Shown piece after piece: positions 27,896 through 34,733 of a DNA stretch of 34,733 bases. The notes below the pieces were generated by a model that was given only the letters and a program-made list of their open reading frames with translations, was not told the origin of the DNA and did no database searches. Each line of letters opens with the position of its first letter. The first letter of the stretch is position 1. Position numbers and translations under genes: made by a program. The stretch is from a virus (taxonomy: Duplodnaviria; Caudoviricetes), in the IMG/VR virus record IMGVR_UViG_3300037657_000197, positions 1 to 34,733 of that record. One strand, given 5' to 3'.

Positions 27896-28747
27896 TTACG
27901 CCATCGCGTCGTACTTGGCGGCCAGGCGGCGGAACTCGCTCTTGACCTGCTCCTGGGGGATTACGTCGCTGATCCATCCGTACTGCCGGCCGCCGTGGAT
28001 CTTGGCGTAGCCGGCGCCCCAGGCGAGGTAGCCCATCAGGCGTTCCGCTTCGCTCGCTCCCTCCCCGGCCTTCTTCCAGCCCCCGCTCAGCGGCTTGGGG
28101 TTCCAGGTGGGCGTCCGCTTGGCGGTCAAGGCCCGCTCGACCAGGCCCAGGCAGACCTGAATCCATCCCAAAATTTTGGTAACGCTTACGGACCCGCTAA
28201 AGCACCTGAATTCCACGGTGTCGGTGCGTCCGTTGGCCAGGTTGGTCAGGTTCAAGGCGTGGTAGCGGTTGCGGTCGAGGATCGGCTTGGCGTCCTTCTG
28301 GTTCCCGTACTTGCGGACCCCGCCGCAGTAGCGGCTGCGTTCTCTGTTCTTCGTGCCGGTGATCGCGTAGAGGCCCTTTTCCGCGTAGGCGACGATCGTC
28401 ACCAGCCTCGCGAGCGCCTCGGCCGACCAGGAACCTGGAGCCGCTACGTGTACATGCACGCCGCAGCTTACATTGACTCGGAATTTCTTGGCCTCGAGCG
28501 TCCGCACCACCTCGGCCACCTGCGCCAGGCCTTCCGCGCCCTTCAGGATCGGGCTGACGATCTCGCAGGCGTAGCCGCCCCCGCTGGCGTCGATCGAGCC
28601 ATCTCGTTCGGCCTTCCAGCCCCGCGGCAGGAAGGGGACCTGGATCCCGTGGTGGTAGGCACCGATCCGCAGGCCGTCCTCGGTGATCGTGCTGTCCGGT
28701 GCTATGGACTCCAACTCGACCCCATACGTTAGGTTTTCCGCGTTCAT
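27896..28747 (-). CDS. Amidoligase_2 family (COOH-NH2 ligase)
   Basis: YGVELE, WKAERDGSI, EIVSPIL, SCGVHVH, RYHALNL and TVEFR. AGGAG RBS before MNAENL. Confidence 0.9.
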   Translation of the reverse strand: MNAENLTYGVELESIAPDSTITEDGLRIGAYHHGIQVPFLPRGWKAERDGSIDASGGGYACEIVSPILKGAEGLAQVAEVVRTLEAKKFRVNVSCGVHVHVAAPGSWSAEALARLVTIVAYAEKGLYAITGTKNRERSRYCGGVRKYGNQKDAKPILDRNRYHALNLTNLANGRTDTVEFRCFSGSVSVTKILGWIQVCLGLVERALTAKRTPTWNPKPLSGGWKKAGEGASEAERLMGYLAWGAGYAKIHGGRQYGWISDVIPQEQVKSEFRRLAAKYDAMA

Positions 28748-28794
28748 CGTTTTGGCTCCTGTCTGTCTGTTTTCCGTTCCCACAGACACATGTA

Positions 28795-28822
28795 AGCCAT
28801 GTTTTCCGAGGAACATCAAGGC
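28795..28822 (-). promoter_or_regulatory. Repeated 28-bp promoter-like motif (copy 2)
   Basis: AGCCATGTTTTCCGAGGAACATCAAGGC, 47 nt upstream of the amidoligase start. Confidence 0.6.
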
Positions 28823-28865
28823 ACTTAAAGCCAATAATGGAAGGTACTTACGATTTATGACCAAC

Positions 28866-29078
28866 ATGAGTGAAAGTAGGCAAACCCTGCGGATCACCGC
28901 GCTGCCGGTGGCGGATCTGGCCCGGATTCTGGCCGCCGCTTACGGTCGGCGGGTCACCGAGGGGCAGGTCCGGGAAGTCGTGGAGACGGGCGGTCTGCAG
29001 CGCCCGGATGGGACGGTGAACCTGGTGGAATACGTGGCATTTCTGGCTCGGGAGGTAAGCAATGCCGGCACCGATTAA
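28866..29078 (+). CDS. Small protein preceding terminase (possible terminase small subunit analogue)
   Basis: 70 aa, ALPVADLARIL..DGTVNLVEYVAFL, overlapping the terminase start; MerR-like HTH character. Function is inferred from position. Confidence 0.65.
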   Translation: MSESRQTLRITALPVADLARILAAAYGRRVTEGQVREVVETGGLQRPDGTVNLVEYVAFLAREVSNAGTD

Positions 29079-31326
29079 TCCTCGCAAGCTCCGGCCGGCG
29101 GACCTGCTGCGGCTGATCAACACCGCGGGGCGCGGCACGGTGCTCACCGAGACGCAGCTGCGCCGGCACCGTAACCGCGCGGGCTATACCATCGGCGATG
29201 CCACGACGATGGACCTGTTCCGCTACGCCGCATGGCTCACGTTGGAGTACGCCAAGCCGCGCGCGCAGCCGCTCAGCTATGAAGAACTGAAACGTCGCCA
29301 GGCGGAACGCAACGCCGAGATGGTCCGCACGGCGCAGGACATCGGCGAGATGCCACCGGTGAAGGACCCGGACCGAAAGGCGCGGGCGTCGAAGGACTTT
29401 CGCTTCTTTTGCGAAACCTATTTTCCTGAAGTGTTCTACCTCTCCTGGTCGGCGGACCACCTTCGCGTGATCGAGAAGATCGAGCGGGCCGTGTTGACGG
29501 GTGGATTGTTTGCGCTCGCCATGCCGCGCGGCAGTGGCAAAACCGTGTTGTGCCAGGCGGCGGTTATCTGGTCGGCATTGATCGGGGCGAGTCCATTCAT
29601 CTGCCTGGTCGCCGCCTCGGCGGAGCGAGCCAGGGACCTGCTGGAGAACATCAAGACGTGGCTGGAGACCAATGAGCGGCTCCACGAGGATTTCCTCGAA
29701 GTCACGTACCCGGTCCGCTGCCTGGAGCGGATCACGAACCGCCAGAAGGGGCAGCGCTACAAGGACCAGCCGACCCGCATCGACTGGACATCCGACAAGG
29801 TGGTGCTGCCGACGATCGAGGGCAGCAAGGCTTCCGGAGTCGTCATTTCCAGCTCCGGCATGAAGGGCTCCGACATCCGCGGGCAGAACCACGCCCGTCC
29901 CGATGGCAGCGTGGTGCGGCCGCAGCTGGTGCTGGTCGATGACCCGCAGACGACGGAGTCGGCGTGGTCGCCCAGCCAGAGCCAGCGCCGCGAGGCAATC
30001 CTCGCCGGGGATGTGCTGGGTATGGCCGGACCGGGAAAGAAGATCGCGGGCTTGATGTGCTGCACGGTCATTCGCCCCGGAGACATGGCCGACAACATCC
30101 TGGACCGCGAGAAGCACCCGGAGTGGCAAGGCGAACGGACCAAGCTGGTGTATGCCTTCCCCACCAATGAAAAACTCTGGGCCCGCTACGCGGAGATCCG
30201 TGCGGACTCCCTGCGCAACGATGGCGACGCGTCTGAGGCAACCGAGTTCTACCGCGCCAACCGCGAGACAATGGACGCCGGGGCCGAGGTCGCCTGGCCG
30301 CAGCGGCACAACGAGGATGAGCTCTCCGCCATTCAGCACGCGATGAACCTGAAGCTGCGGGACGAGGTCGCGTTCTATGCGGAGTATCAGAATGAACCGC
30401 TGCCGACCGTCGACGGCGAGGAGATGCTGGCCGCCGAGCAGATCGCCGGCAAGCTCAACGGATACGTCCGCGGCACGATCCCCGGCAGTTGCCATCACCT
30501 GACTATGTTCATCGACGTACAGGCGAAGCTGCTGTTCTGGATGCTCTGTGCCTGGGAGAGCGATTTCACCGGCTACATCATCGACTACGGCGCCTGGCCC
30601 GAGCAAAAGCGGCAGTACTTCACGCTGCGCGATGCCCGCAACACGCTGGCTCGGGTGGCACCGAACGCCGGGCTGGAGGGGCAGGTCTACGCGGGCCTGG
30701 AGGCGCTGACCTCTGTGCACTTGCCTCGCATGTACCGCCGCGAAGACGGCGGCGAGATGAAAATCGACCGCTGCCTGATCGATGCCAACTGGGGTCAGAG
30801 CACGGACGTGGTCTACCAGTTCTGCCGCCAGAGCCCGTTCGCCGGGATCGTCTTGCCCAGCCACGGCAAGTACGTTGGGGCATCGAGCATCCCCTTCGCC
30901 GAGTACAAGCGCAAGCGCGGCGACCGGATCGGGCACCACTGGCGCATCCCCTGCATCACCGGCAAGCGCCAGACCCGCCACGTCCTGATCGACACGAACT
31001 ACTGGAAGACCTTCACGCTTGCCCGGCTGGCGGTGGCGATGGGCGATCTCGGGTGCCTGTCGCTCTATGGCCGGGATGAGAAGGCCCACCGCCTGCTGGC
31101 GGAGCACCTGACGAGCGAGTACCGCGTCAGGACAGCCGCGCAGGGGCGAGTGGTGGATGAGTGGAAATTGCACGCTACCCGGCCGGACAACCACTGGCTC
31201 GACTGCCTGGTCGGCTGCGCCGTGGCCGCCAGCATCCAAGGCGCTGTGTTGTTCGGGACGGACCCGCGTGAGATGGTCGCCAAGCCGAGGATGAAGCTCT
31301 CGGAGATGCAGCGGAGGCAGGCATGA
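29062..31326 (+). CDS. Terminase large subunit (GpA-like)
   Basis: Walker A AMPRGSGKT, Walker B LVLVDDPQT, AEYQNEP, nuclease FIDVQ..IDANWG..DNHWLDC. GGAGG RBS. Confidence 0.92.
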   Translation: MPAPINPRKLRPADLLRLINTAGRGTVLTETQLRRHRNRAGYTIGDATTMDLFRYAAWLTLEYAKPRAQPLSYEELKRRQAERNAEMVRTAQDIGEMPPVKDPDRKARASKDFRFFCETYFPEVFYLSWSADHLRVIEKIERAVLTGGLFALAMPRGSGKTVLCQAAVIWSALIGASPFICLVAASAERARDLLENIKTWLETNERLHEDFLEVTYPVRCLERITNRQKGQRYKDQPTRIDWTSDKVVLPTIEGSKASGVVISSSGMKGSDIRGQNHARPDGSVVRPQLVLVDDPQTTESAWSPSQSQRREAILAGDVLGMAGPGKKIAGLMCCTVIRPGDMADNILDREKHPEWQGERTKLVYAFPTNEKLWARYAEIRADSLRNDGDASEATEFYRANRETMDAGAEVAWPQRHNEDELSAIQHAMNLKLRDEVAFYAEYQNEPLPTVDGEEMLAAEQIAGKLNGYVRGTIPGSCHHLTMFIDVQAKLLFWMLCAWESDFTGYIIDYGAWPEQKRQYFTLRDARNTLARVAPNAGLEGQVYAGLEALTSVHLPRMYRREDGGEMKIDRCLIDANWGQSTDVVYQFCRQSPFAGIVLPSHGKYVGASSIPFAEYKRKRGDRIGHHWRIPCITGKRQTRHVLIDTNYWKTFTLARLAVAMGDLGCLSLYGRDEKAHRLLAEHLTSEYRVRTAAQGRVVDEWKLHATRPDNHWLDCLVGCAVAASIQGAVLFGTDPREMVAKPRMKLSEMQRRQA

Positions 31327-31595
31327 ACGGAAATGCTTCTAACGACCGTGGCATCTCATGCCCCGCCTGTGGCTGCCAGCACTTCTTCGTGATCTACACC
31401 CGCCGGGCCCCGGGCGGCAAGCTGATCCGCCGTCGGGAGTGCCGGCACTGCGGCCGGCGGATCACGACGTACGAGTACGTTATCGGCAACGTTCCCGCAG
31501 AAGGCCCATGCACATCGGAGATCGGAAGGGGCGTCACCTGCGGGCGCAGCCCGCTCAGATCGCCTCCCCGCACTCTGGGCAGCGGGGTTCGCTGA
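31323..31595 (+). CDS. Small zinc-ribbon protein (Ogr/NrdR-N-like)
   Basis: CPACG..VIYTR..RRRECRHCGRRITTYE; ATGA overlap with the terminase. Confidence 0.75.
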   Translation: MNGNASNDRGISCPACGCQHFFVIYTRRAPGGKLIRRRECRHCGRRITTYEYVIGNVPAEGPCTSEIGRGVTCGRSPLRSPPRTLGSGVR

Positions 31596-31902
31596 GGCCG
31601 CGCAGGATGTGATCGCAGCGGCGGCAGTGGAGTTCGCCGTCGGGTGACGGGGGGCCGCAACGACGGCCGAGCATTGCGTAGGTGGCAATACCAACGGATG
31701 TAGAGATCATGCCGTAGATGACGACTACCCCGATCCAACCACAGGAAGGGGCCCCCAGATGCGACAAGAGCGAGTGGATCCTGCCGGTGAAATGTGTATG
31801 GTTCCCCGCCCAGGATACTCCCAGCAGGCCGACGGTGCCCATTGCTGTCGCGATCGCACCCCTCCAGCACCAGTGCAGTTTCGCTTTGGTAGCCATTGGC
31901 AT
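31555..31902 (-). CDS. Small two-TM membrane protein with C-terminal zinc ribbon (moron)
   Basis: Two hydrophobic segments followed by CRRCDHILRGLSEPRCPECG; GAGG upstream. It is the C-terminal 115 aa of track ORF 31555..32817. Confidence 0.65.
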   Translation of the reverse strand: MPMATKAKLHWCWRGAIATAMGTVGLLGVSWAGNHTHFTGRIHSLLSHLGAPSCGWIGVVVIYGMISTSVGIATYAMLGRRCGPPSPDGELHCRRCDHILRGLSEPRCPECGEAI

Positions 31903-32067
31903 CCTCTGACCTCGTTTACCCTTTCTGTTCATCATCCTGACTGATGAATGGATGTGCAAGTCCATGGTTGCCGAGTGGAGAGGTTCGACATGTCTAGCGG
32001 CGTAACAATCTGCTGCGCCTGTCCAGCCAACGATAAGCCACGACTGCCTGCCGCGTATATTCCCATT

Positions 32068-32607
32068 GTGAACACCACCGCTGTCAGGCCAATCCAACCG
32101 AACGTCGAGGAGTACCTGCCGCTGGCGCGGATGCTCGCCCAGCAAGTGCATCGGCGCTTGCCCGCTGGAGCCAGCCTCGAAGACATGGAATCGGATGCCA
32201 TGTACGGCCTGGCCCAGGCGGCCCGGAGCTATGACCCGGCTCGCGGCACCACGTTCCGCACCTATGCCGCCAACTGCATCCGCAATGCGTTGATGACCGC
32301 ATTGCGACAGCGGCAAGCGACCGACCAGACCGTTTCGCTCGATGCGACCGGCGAGGACCGCCGCCCGCGCCGCGAGCAGATCGCCTCGGATCAGCCCAGC
32401 CCGGAGCAGGCTATGGAGGTCCGCGACCAGGTGGAACACCTGCTGGCGCACCTCAAGGGCCGTCAGCGGGCCGTGGCACAAGGACTGCTGCGAGGGCTGA
32501 CCAAGAGCCAGATCGCGGCCGAACTCGGCGTGGCGCCGCCCGCGATCTCCCGTGTCATGGACCAGATCCGCCGTATCGCAACCGACCTGGGGCTCGACAA
32601 TGGCTGA
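32068..32607 (+). CDS. Sigma-70 family factor (FliA/SigF-like region 2 plus region 4)
   Basis: YLPLARMLA..EDMESDAMYGLAQAARSYDPARGTTFRTYA..IRNA and HTH TKSQIAAELGVAPPAISR. Start uncertain (GTG 32068). Confidence 0.85.
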   Translation: MNTTAVRPIQPNVEEYLPLARMLAQQVHRRLPAGASLEDMESDAMYGLAQAARSYDPARGTTFRTYAANCIRNALMTALRQRQATDQTVSLDATGEDRRPRREQIASDQPSPEQAMEVRDQVEHLLAHLKGRQRAVAQGLLRGLTKSQIAAELGVAPPAISRVMDQIRRIATDLGLDNG

Positions 32608-32797
32608 CAATCTCGACGAATCCATCAAGACCAGCGCGCAGGCCCCGCGCCGCGCTTCGGGCGATTCCGGCAGCGTCGAGCAGCACCCGCTGCCGGACCA
32701 GATTGCCGCCGACAAGTACCTGGAGTCGAAAAAGGCCAGCCGGGCCAAGGGGCTGGGCATCAAGCTCGCGAAGATCTCGCCGGGAGGGGCGGTATAG
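32600..32797 (+). CDS. Small protein before portal (gpW-position head completion candidate)
   Basis: 65 aa, APRRASGDSGSVEQHPLPDQIAADKYL, abutting the portal start. Function is inferred from position. Confidence 0.7.
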   Translation: MADNLDESIKTSAQAPRRASGDSGSVEQHPLPDQIAADKYLESKKASRAKGLGIKLAKISPGGAV

Positions 32798-34225
32798 ATG
32801 TGGCCGTTCCGCAGCAAAGGCAGGAAGACCCGCCGCTCCCTCCCGGCGGTGATCCGCGCCCGCTTCGATGCGGCGCAGACGACGGCCGAGAACGCCCGGC
32901 ACTGGGCGATGGCCGATGCCCTGTCGGCCGATGCGGCCGGCTCGGCCGATGTGCGAAAGCGGCTGCGCGAGCGATCGCGCTACGAGGTGGCCAACAACTC
33001 GTATGCCAAGGGGATCGCCCTGACGCTGGCCAATGACTGCGTGGGTACCGGTCCACGGCTGCAGATGCTGCTGACGGACGCCGAGGGCAACCGCAAGGTC
33101 GAAACGGCGTTCGCGCTGTGGTGCCAGGCGGTGGGGCTGGCCGAGAAGCTCCGCACGATGCGGTTGGCGAAGGTGACGGACGGCGAGGCGTTCGCCCTCC
33201 TGACGGGCAACCCGCTGCTGGACTCGCCGGTGCAGATCGATCTGCACCTGGTGGAAGCGGATCGCGTGGAATCCCCTTGGGGTTACCAGGGAAGCCTGCC
33301 AACGCCCAGCAGCATCGATGGAGTCGTGCTGGACGCCTACAGCAACCCGCAGGCCTACTGCGTGTATCGCCAGCATCCGGGCGACATAAGTCTCTGGCAG
33401 ACCGGGTTCGACTGGATCGATGCCAAGGCCATCATCCACTGGTTCCGAGCGGATCGCCCGGGCCAGCATCGGGGCATTCCGGAAATCACACCGGCCCTGC
33501 CGCTGTTCGCTCAGCTACGGCGGTACACCTTGGCGGTAATTGCGGCGGCGGAGACGGCCGCGGACTTCGCGGCGGTGCTGTTCACGGACGCCCCCGCCAA
33601 CGGCGAGGCCCAGGCCCTCGAGCCGATGGACGTCGTCGACCTGGAAAAGCGGATGGCGACAGTCCTGCCGGATGGCTGGAAGCTCGGGCAGATCGAGGCG
33701 CAGCAGCCGACGACTACCTATGCCGAGTTCAAACGCGAGATCCTCAATGAGATTGCCCGCTGTTTGAACCTGCCATACAACATCGCGGCCTGCAACAGCT
33801 CCAGCTACAACTACGCCTCCGGCCGGATGGACCACCAGACGTACCACAAGAGCATTCGGGTCGAACAGGCCCATCTTGGCCAGGTGGTGCTCGACCGCAT
33901 CTTCGCCGCCTGGATCGAGGAAGCCCAGTGGCTGGATGAGTTCGCCTTCCTGCGGGACCTGCCGGATCTGCCGCATCAATGGTTTTTCGATGGCAACGAG
34001 CACGTGGACCCGGCCAAGGAGGCCAACGCGCAATCGACGCGGTTGGCCAGTCACACAACGACGCTGGCCGCCGAGTATGCCCGCCAGGGAAAGGACTGGG
34101 AGACGGAGCTCCGCCAGCGGGCCAAGGAAACCCAGTTGATGAAGGAGTTGGGGCTGGCGACGGAAACCGCCGTCACACAGCCCGCTGAGGAGATCGAAGC
34201 CGATGACGACGCCGACGCTGCCTGA
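32798..34225 (+). CDS. Phage portal protein, lambda family
   Basis: LRERSRYEVANNSYAKG..VGTGP, DGEAF, EADR, RPGQHRGIP, NYASGR and VDPAKEA. Confidence 0.93.
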   Translation: MWPFRSKGRKTRRSLPAVIRARFDAAQTTAENARHWAMADALSADAAGSADVRKRLRERSRYEVANNSYAKGIALTLANDCVGTGPRLQMLLTDAEGNRKVETAFALWCQAVGLAEKLRTMRLAKVTDGEAFALLTGNPLLDSPVQIDLHLVEADRVESPWGYQGSLPTPSSIDGVVLDAYSNPQAYCVYRQHPGDISLWQTGFDWIDAKAIIHWFRADRPGQHRGIPEITPALPLFAQLRRYTLAVIAAAETAADFAAVLFTDAPANGEAQALEPMDVVDLEKRMATVLPDGWKLGQIEAQQPTTTYAEFKREILNEIARCLNLPYNIAACNSSSYNYASGRMDHQTYHKSIRVEQAHLGQVVLDRIFAAWIEEAQWLDEFAFLRDLPDLPHQWFFDGNEHVDPAKEANAQSTRLASHTTTLAAEYARQGKDWETELRQRAKETQLMKELGLATETAVTQPAEEIEADDDADAA

Positions 34226-34733
34226 CAACCTGATCCTCACCTGCCCGCTCACCGTCGAGGCAGCGGATGCTGGCGAGAAGCAGATGCCCCGCTTCCACAT
34301 GGTTGCCTACACCGGCGGCCCGATGCGGGTGGAAGGCTTCCCCCACCCGGTCGTCGTGGATCTGGAAGGCCTGTCGATCGACCGACAGGACATCCCGGTC
34401 CGCCTGGATCACAACCCGCGCCAGGGCGTGGGGCATACCCAGCGGGTGGCCGTCGAGAACGGCCAGGTGATCGCCGAGGGCCTGATCAGCCGGGACACCT
34501 CCTGGGCGCGGGACGTCGCCAAGAGCGGGACCAACGGCTTTCCGTGGCAGGCCAGCATCGGCGCGGCGGTGATCGATGCCGAGTTCGTCCCCAACGGCCA
34601 TAGCGTCACCGTCAACGGCAGAACCATGAGCGGACCGATCCACGTAGTCCGCAAGGCAGTCCTCAAGGAGATCTCGTTCGTCGACAGCGGCGCCGACGGC
34701 CGAACCAGTGCCCGGGTCGCCGCCCAATCCAAG
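34203..34733 (+). CDS. Prohead protease (probably protease-major capsid fusion), 3'-truncated by the window
   Basis: Open frame from ATG 34203: FHMVAYTGG..VVDLEG..RLDH..GVGH..GFPWQASIG..LKEISFVDSGAD. Absent from the ORF track because it has no stop in the window. Confidence 0.85.
   Translation, partial: MTTPTLPDNLILTCPLTVEAADAGEKQMPRFHMVAYTGGPMRVEGFPHPVVVDLEGLSIDRQDIPVRLDHNPRQGVGHTQRVAVENGQVIAEGLISRDTSWARDVAKSGTNGFPWQASIGAAVIDAEFVPNGHSVTVNGRTMSGPIHVVRKAVLKEISFVDSGADGRTSARVAAQSK

Noticed and set aside
28954-31239. 761-aa minus-strand ORF, and similar long ORFs at 17306-18937, 22455-23819 and 27140-28732
   Set aside because: Antisense shadows of the terminase, helicase, methylase and GATase/amidoligase genes.
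31903-32817. Upstream 305 codons of track ORF 31555..32817
   Set aside because: Antisense to the sigma and gpW-position genes; only the last 115 codons look like a real protein.

Overview
GC-rich bacterial DNA; the gene content (topoisomerase VI, CxxC..CPECG membrane protein, prophage type) suggests Planctomycetota, possibly Phycisphaerae, which is an inference. Bases ~840-7790 are host backbone: top6B, a GxxExxY nuclease gene framed by imperfect inverted repeats, top6A, a full-length transketolase, a NifU-domain protein and tRNA-Pro(CGG). From the tRNA 3' end to the window end lies the left ~27 kb of a lambda-like prophage. Its large serine recombinase ORF ends inside the tRNA. It has a sigma-like gene but no recognisable CI. 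The early/replication operon encodes a PD-(D/E)XK exonuclease, AAA_24 ATPase, DUF669, three ParB-fold proteins, RusA, a DUF4406-DUF6378-like fusion, a metallophosphoesterase, an SF2 helicase and a primase-polymerase/DUF3987, followed by an iteron-rich candidate origin. Next come a ParB-DNA methyltransferase and a reverse-strand accessory island (amidoligase, class II glutamine amidotransferase, small proteins, AbrB, Fic). The head module follows: GpA terminase, a second sigma factor, portal and the start of a protease/capsid gene. The most notable unexplained non-coding signals are two D-arm-less tRNA-like elements inside the early operon, a 28-bp promoter-like motif repeated in the island, tandem CATATG operators, and the inverted-repeat-framed GxxExxY cassette. 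Family names are recognised from motifs by eye; no database search was run.
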